DNA from: Balanoglossus misakiensis
Lineage: Eukaryota; Animalia; Hemichordata
DNA length: 64,000 nt
Assembly: GCA_040954595.2 (NCBI GenBank)
Contig: CM082586.2
Location: forward strand, 12,369,337 to 12,433,336
Reading direction: 5' to 3'
The translations under genes and the position numbers were made by a program. The notes under the pieces are model-generated. The model was not told the DNA's origin. It saw only the letters and a list, made by a program, of their open reading frames with translations, and ran no database searches. This document shows, one piece after another, positions 63,466-64,000 of this stretch (position 1 is the first letter of the stretch; each line of letters starts with the position of its first letter).

Positions 63466-64000
63466 GTGTGTCGAATTCAACTGTTTTATGACACAGCGTG
63501 GTATATAAACCCTCATTTTTGGTATTCTCAATGTGATAGATGGACCCATACACCAATAAATGGGGTGGAAGCATTACAAAGTTTCATCCTTTCAAAATTT
63601 GCTGATGTAGGGTCAAAATTGAGTGTGAGGTGCACGTTAAAAAGGAAAGCCTTCTGTATCATGTTGATGGCACATTTTTTAATTTTTCAAGATTCTTACA
63701 GAAAAATCCTAGCAGCATTATGTTATTTTAAATGTACAGGTTTGAAACAAGGAATGAAGACATTGCTCACATATATAATTTAAACAAAATGAACATCACA
63801 AGTACATGTACAAGTTTTTGACAAGCAGGTCATTGATACTTTCATTTTTGTTTTGGCAGCCATTGATCAGTTATACTCTATGCCTTGTCAAAATGTGGTG
63901 GCACATGCGTTGCGTGAGACGGCTGTTTCCTGTTTGACTGTATGTGTACCGAATGCTTCACTGGTGCCACATGTACAATGCGTAAGTACAAACCAATATT

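Larger units (their letters stand above)
59259..64000 (+). repeat. Tandem segmental repeat, copy 4 (partial, most diverged)
   Basis: Homologous to copy 1 positions ~150-6075, but with empty TE sites, extra exons and its own deletions. Confidence 0.93.

Noticed and set aside
1-64000. Whole array as a pure assembly artefact
   Set aside because: Four copies differ by nested, biologically coherent events (TSD-flanked insertion versus empty site, distinct deletions), which is more than two haplotypes allow; copies 1 and 2 alone still merit read-depth confirmation

Overview
AT-rich animal genomic DNA with GT-AG introns; the transposon content suggests a marine invertebrate, but the species cannot be determined from the sequence. 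The window is a head-to-tail array of a ~19-20.6 kb unit (copies start at 1, 19140, 38659 and ~59259; the last is partial and the most diverged). Each unit carries a decayed multi-exon gene fragment on the + strand: six Cys-rich GCC2/GCC3 (Ephrin_rec_like-type) exons followed by 12-14 symmetric phase 1-1 exons, each encoding one EGF-like module. The modules carry a conserved, non-canonical 8-cysteine pattern, with extra Cys at C4-5 and C5+3. Stops, frameshifts, lost splice sites and an exon-splitting transposon are shared between copies, and no start exon or signal peptide is visible, so the locus looks like an amplified pseudogene or exon-cassette array. Introns hold L2-type LINE fragments, a truncated Mag/SURL-like Ty3/gypsy element (LTR, tRNA-Ser PBS, gag), a P-like element with a 7-bp TSD, TTAA Kolobok-like MITEs (one a full-length foldback), an 8-bp-TSD element and HINE/Helentron-like repeats. 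Most ORFs in the supplied track are spurious or are read-through of these exons and elements. All comparisons and translations were done by eye.
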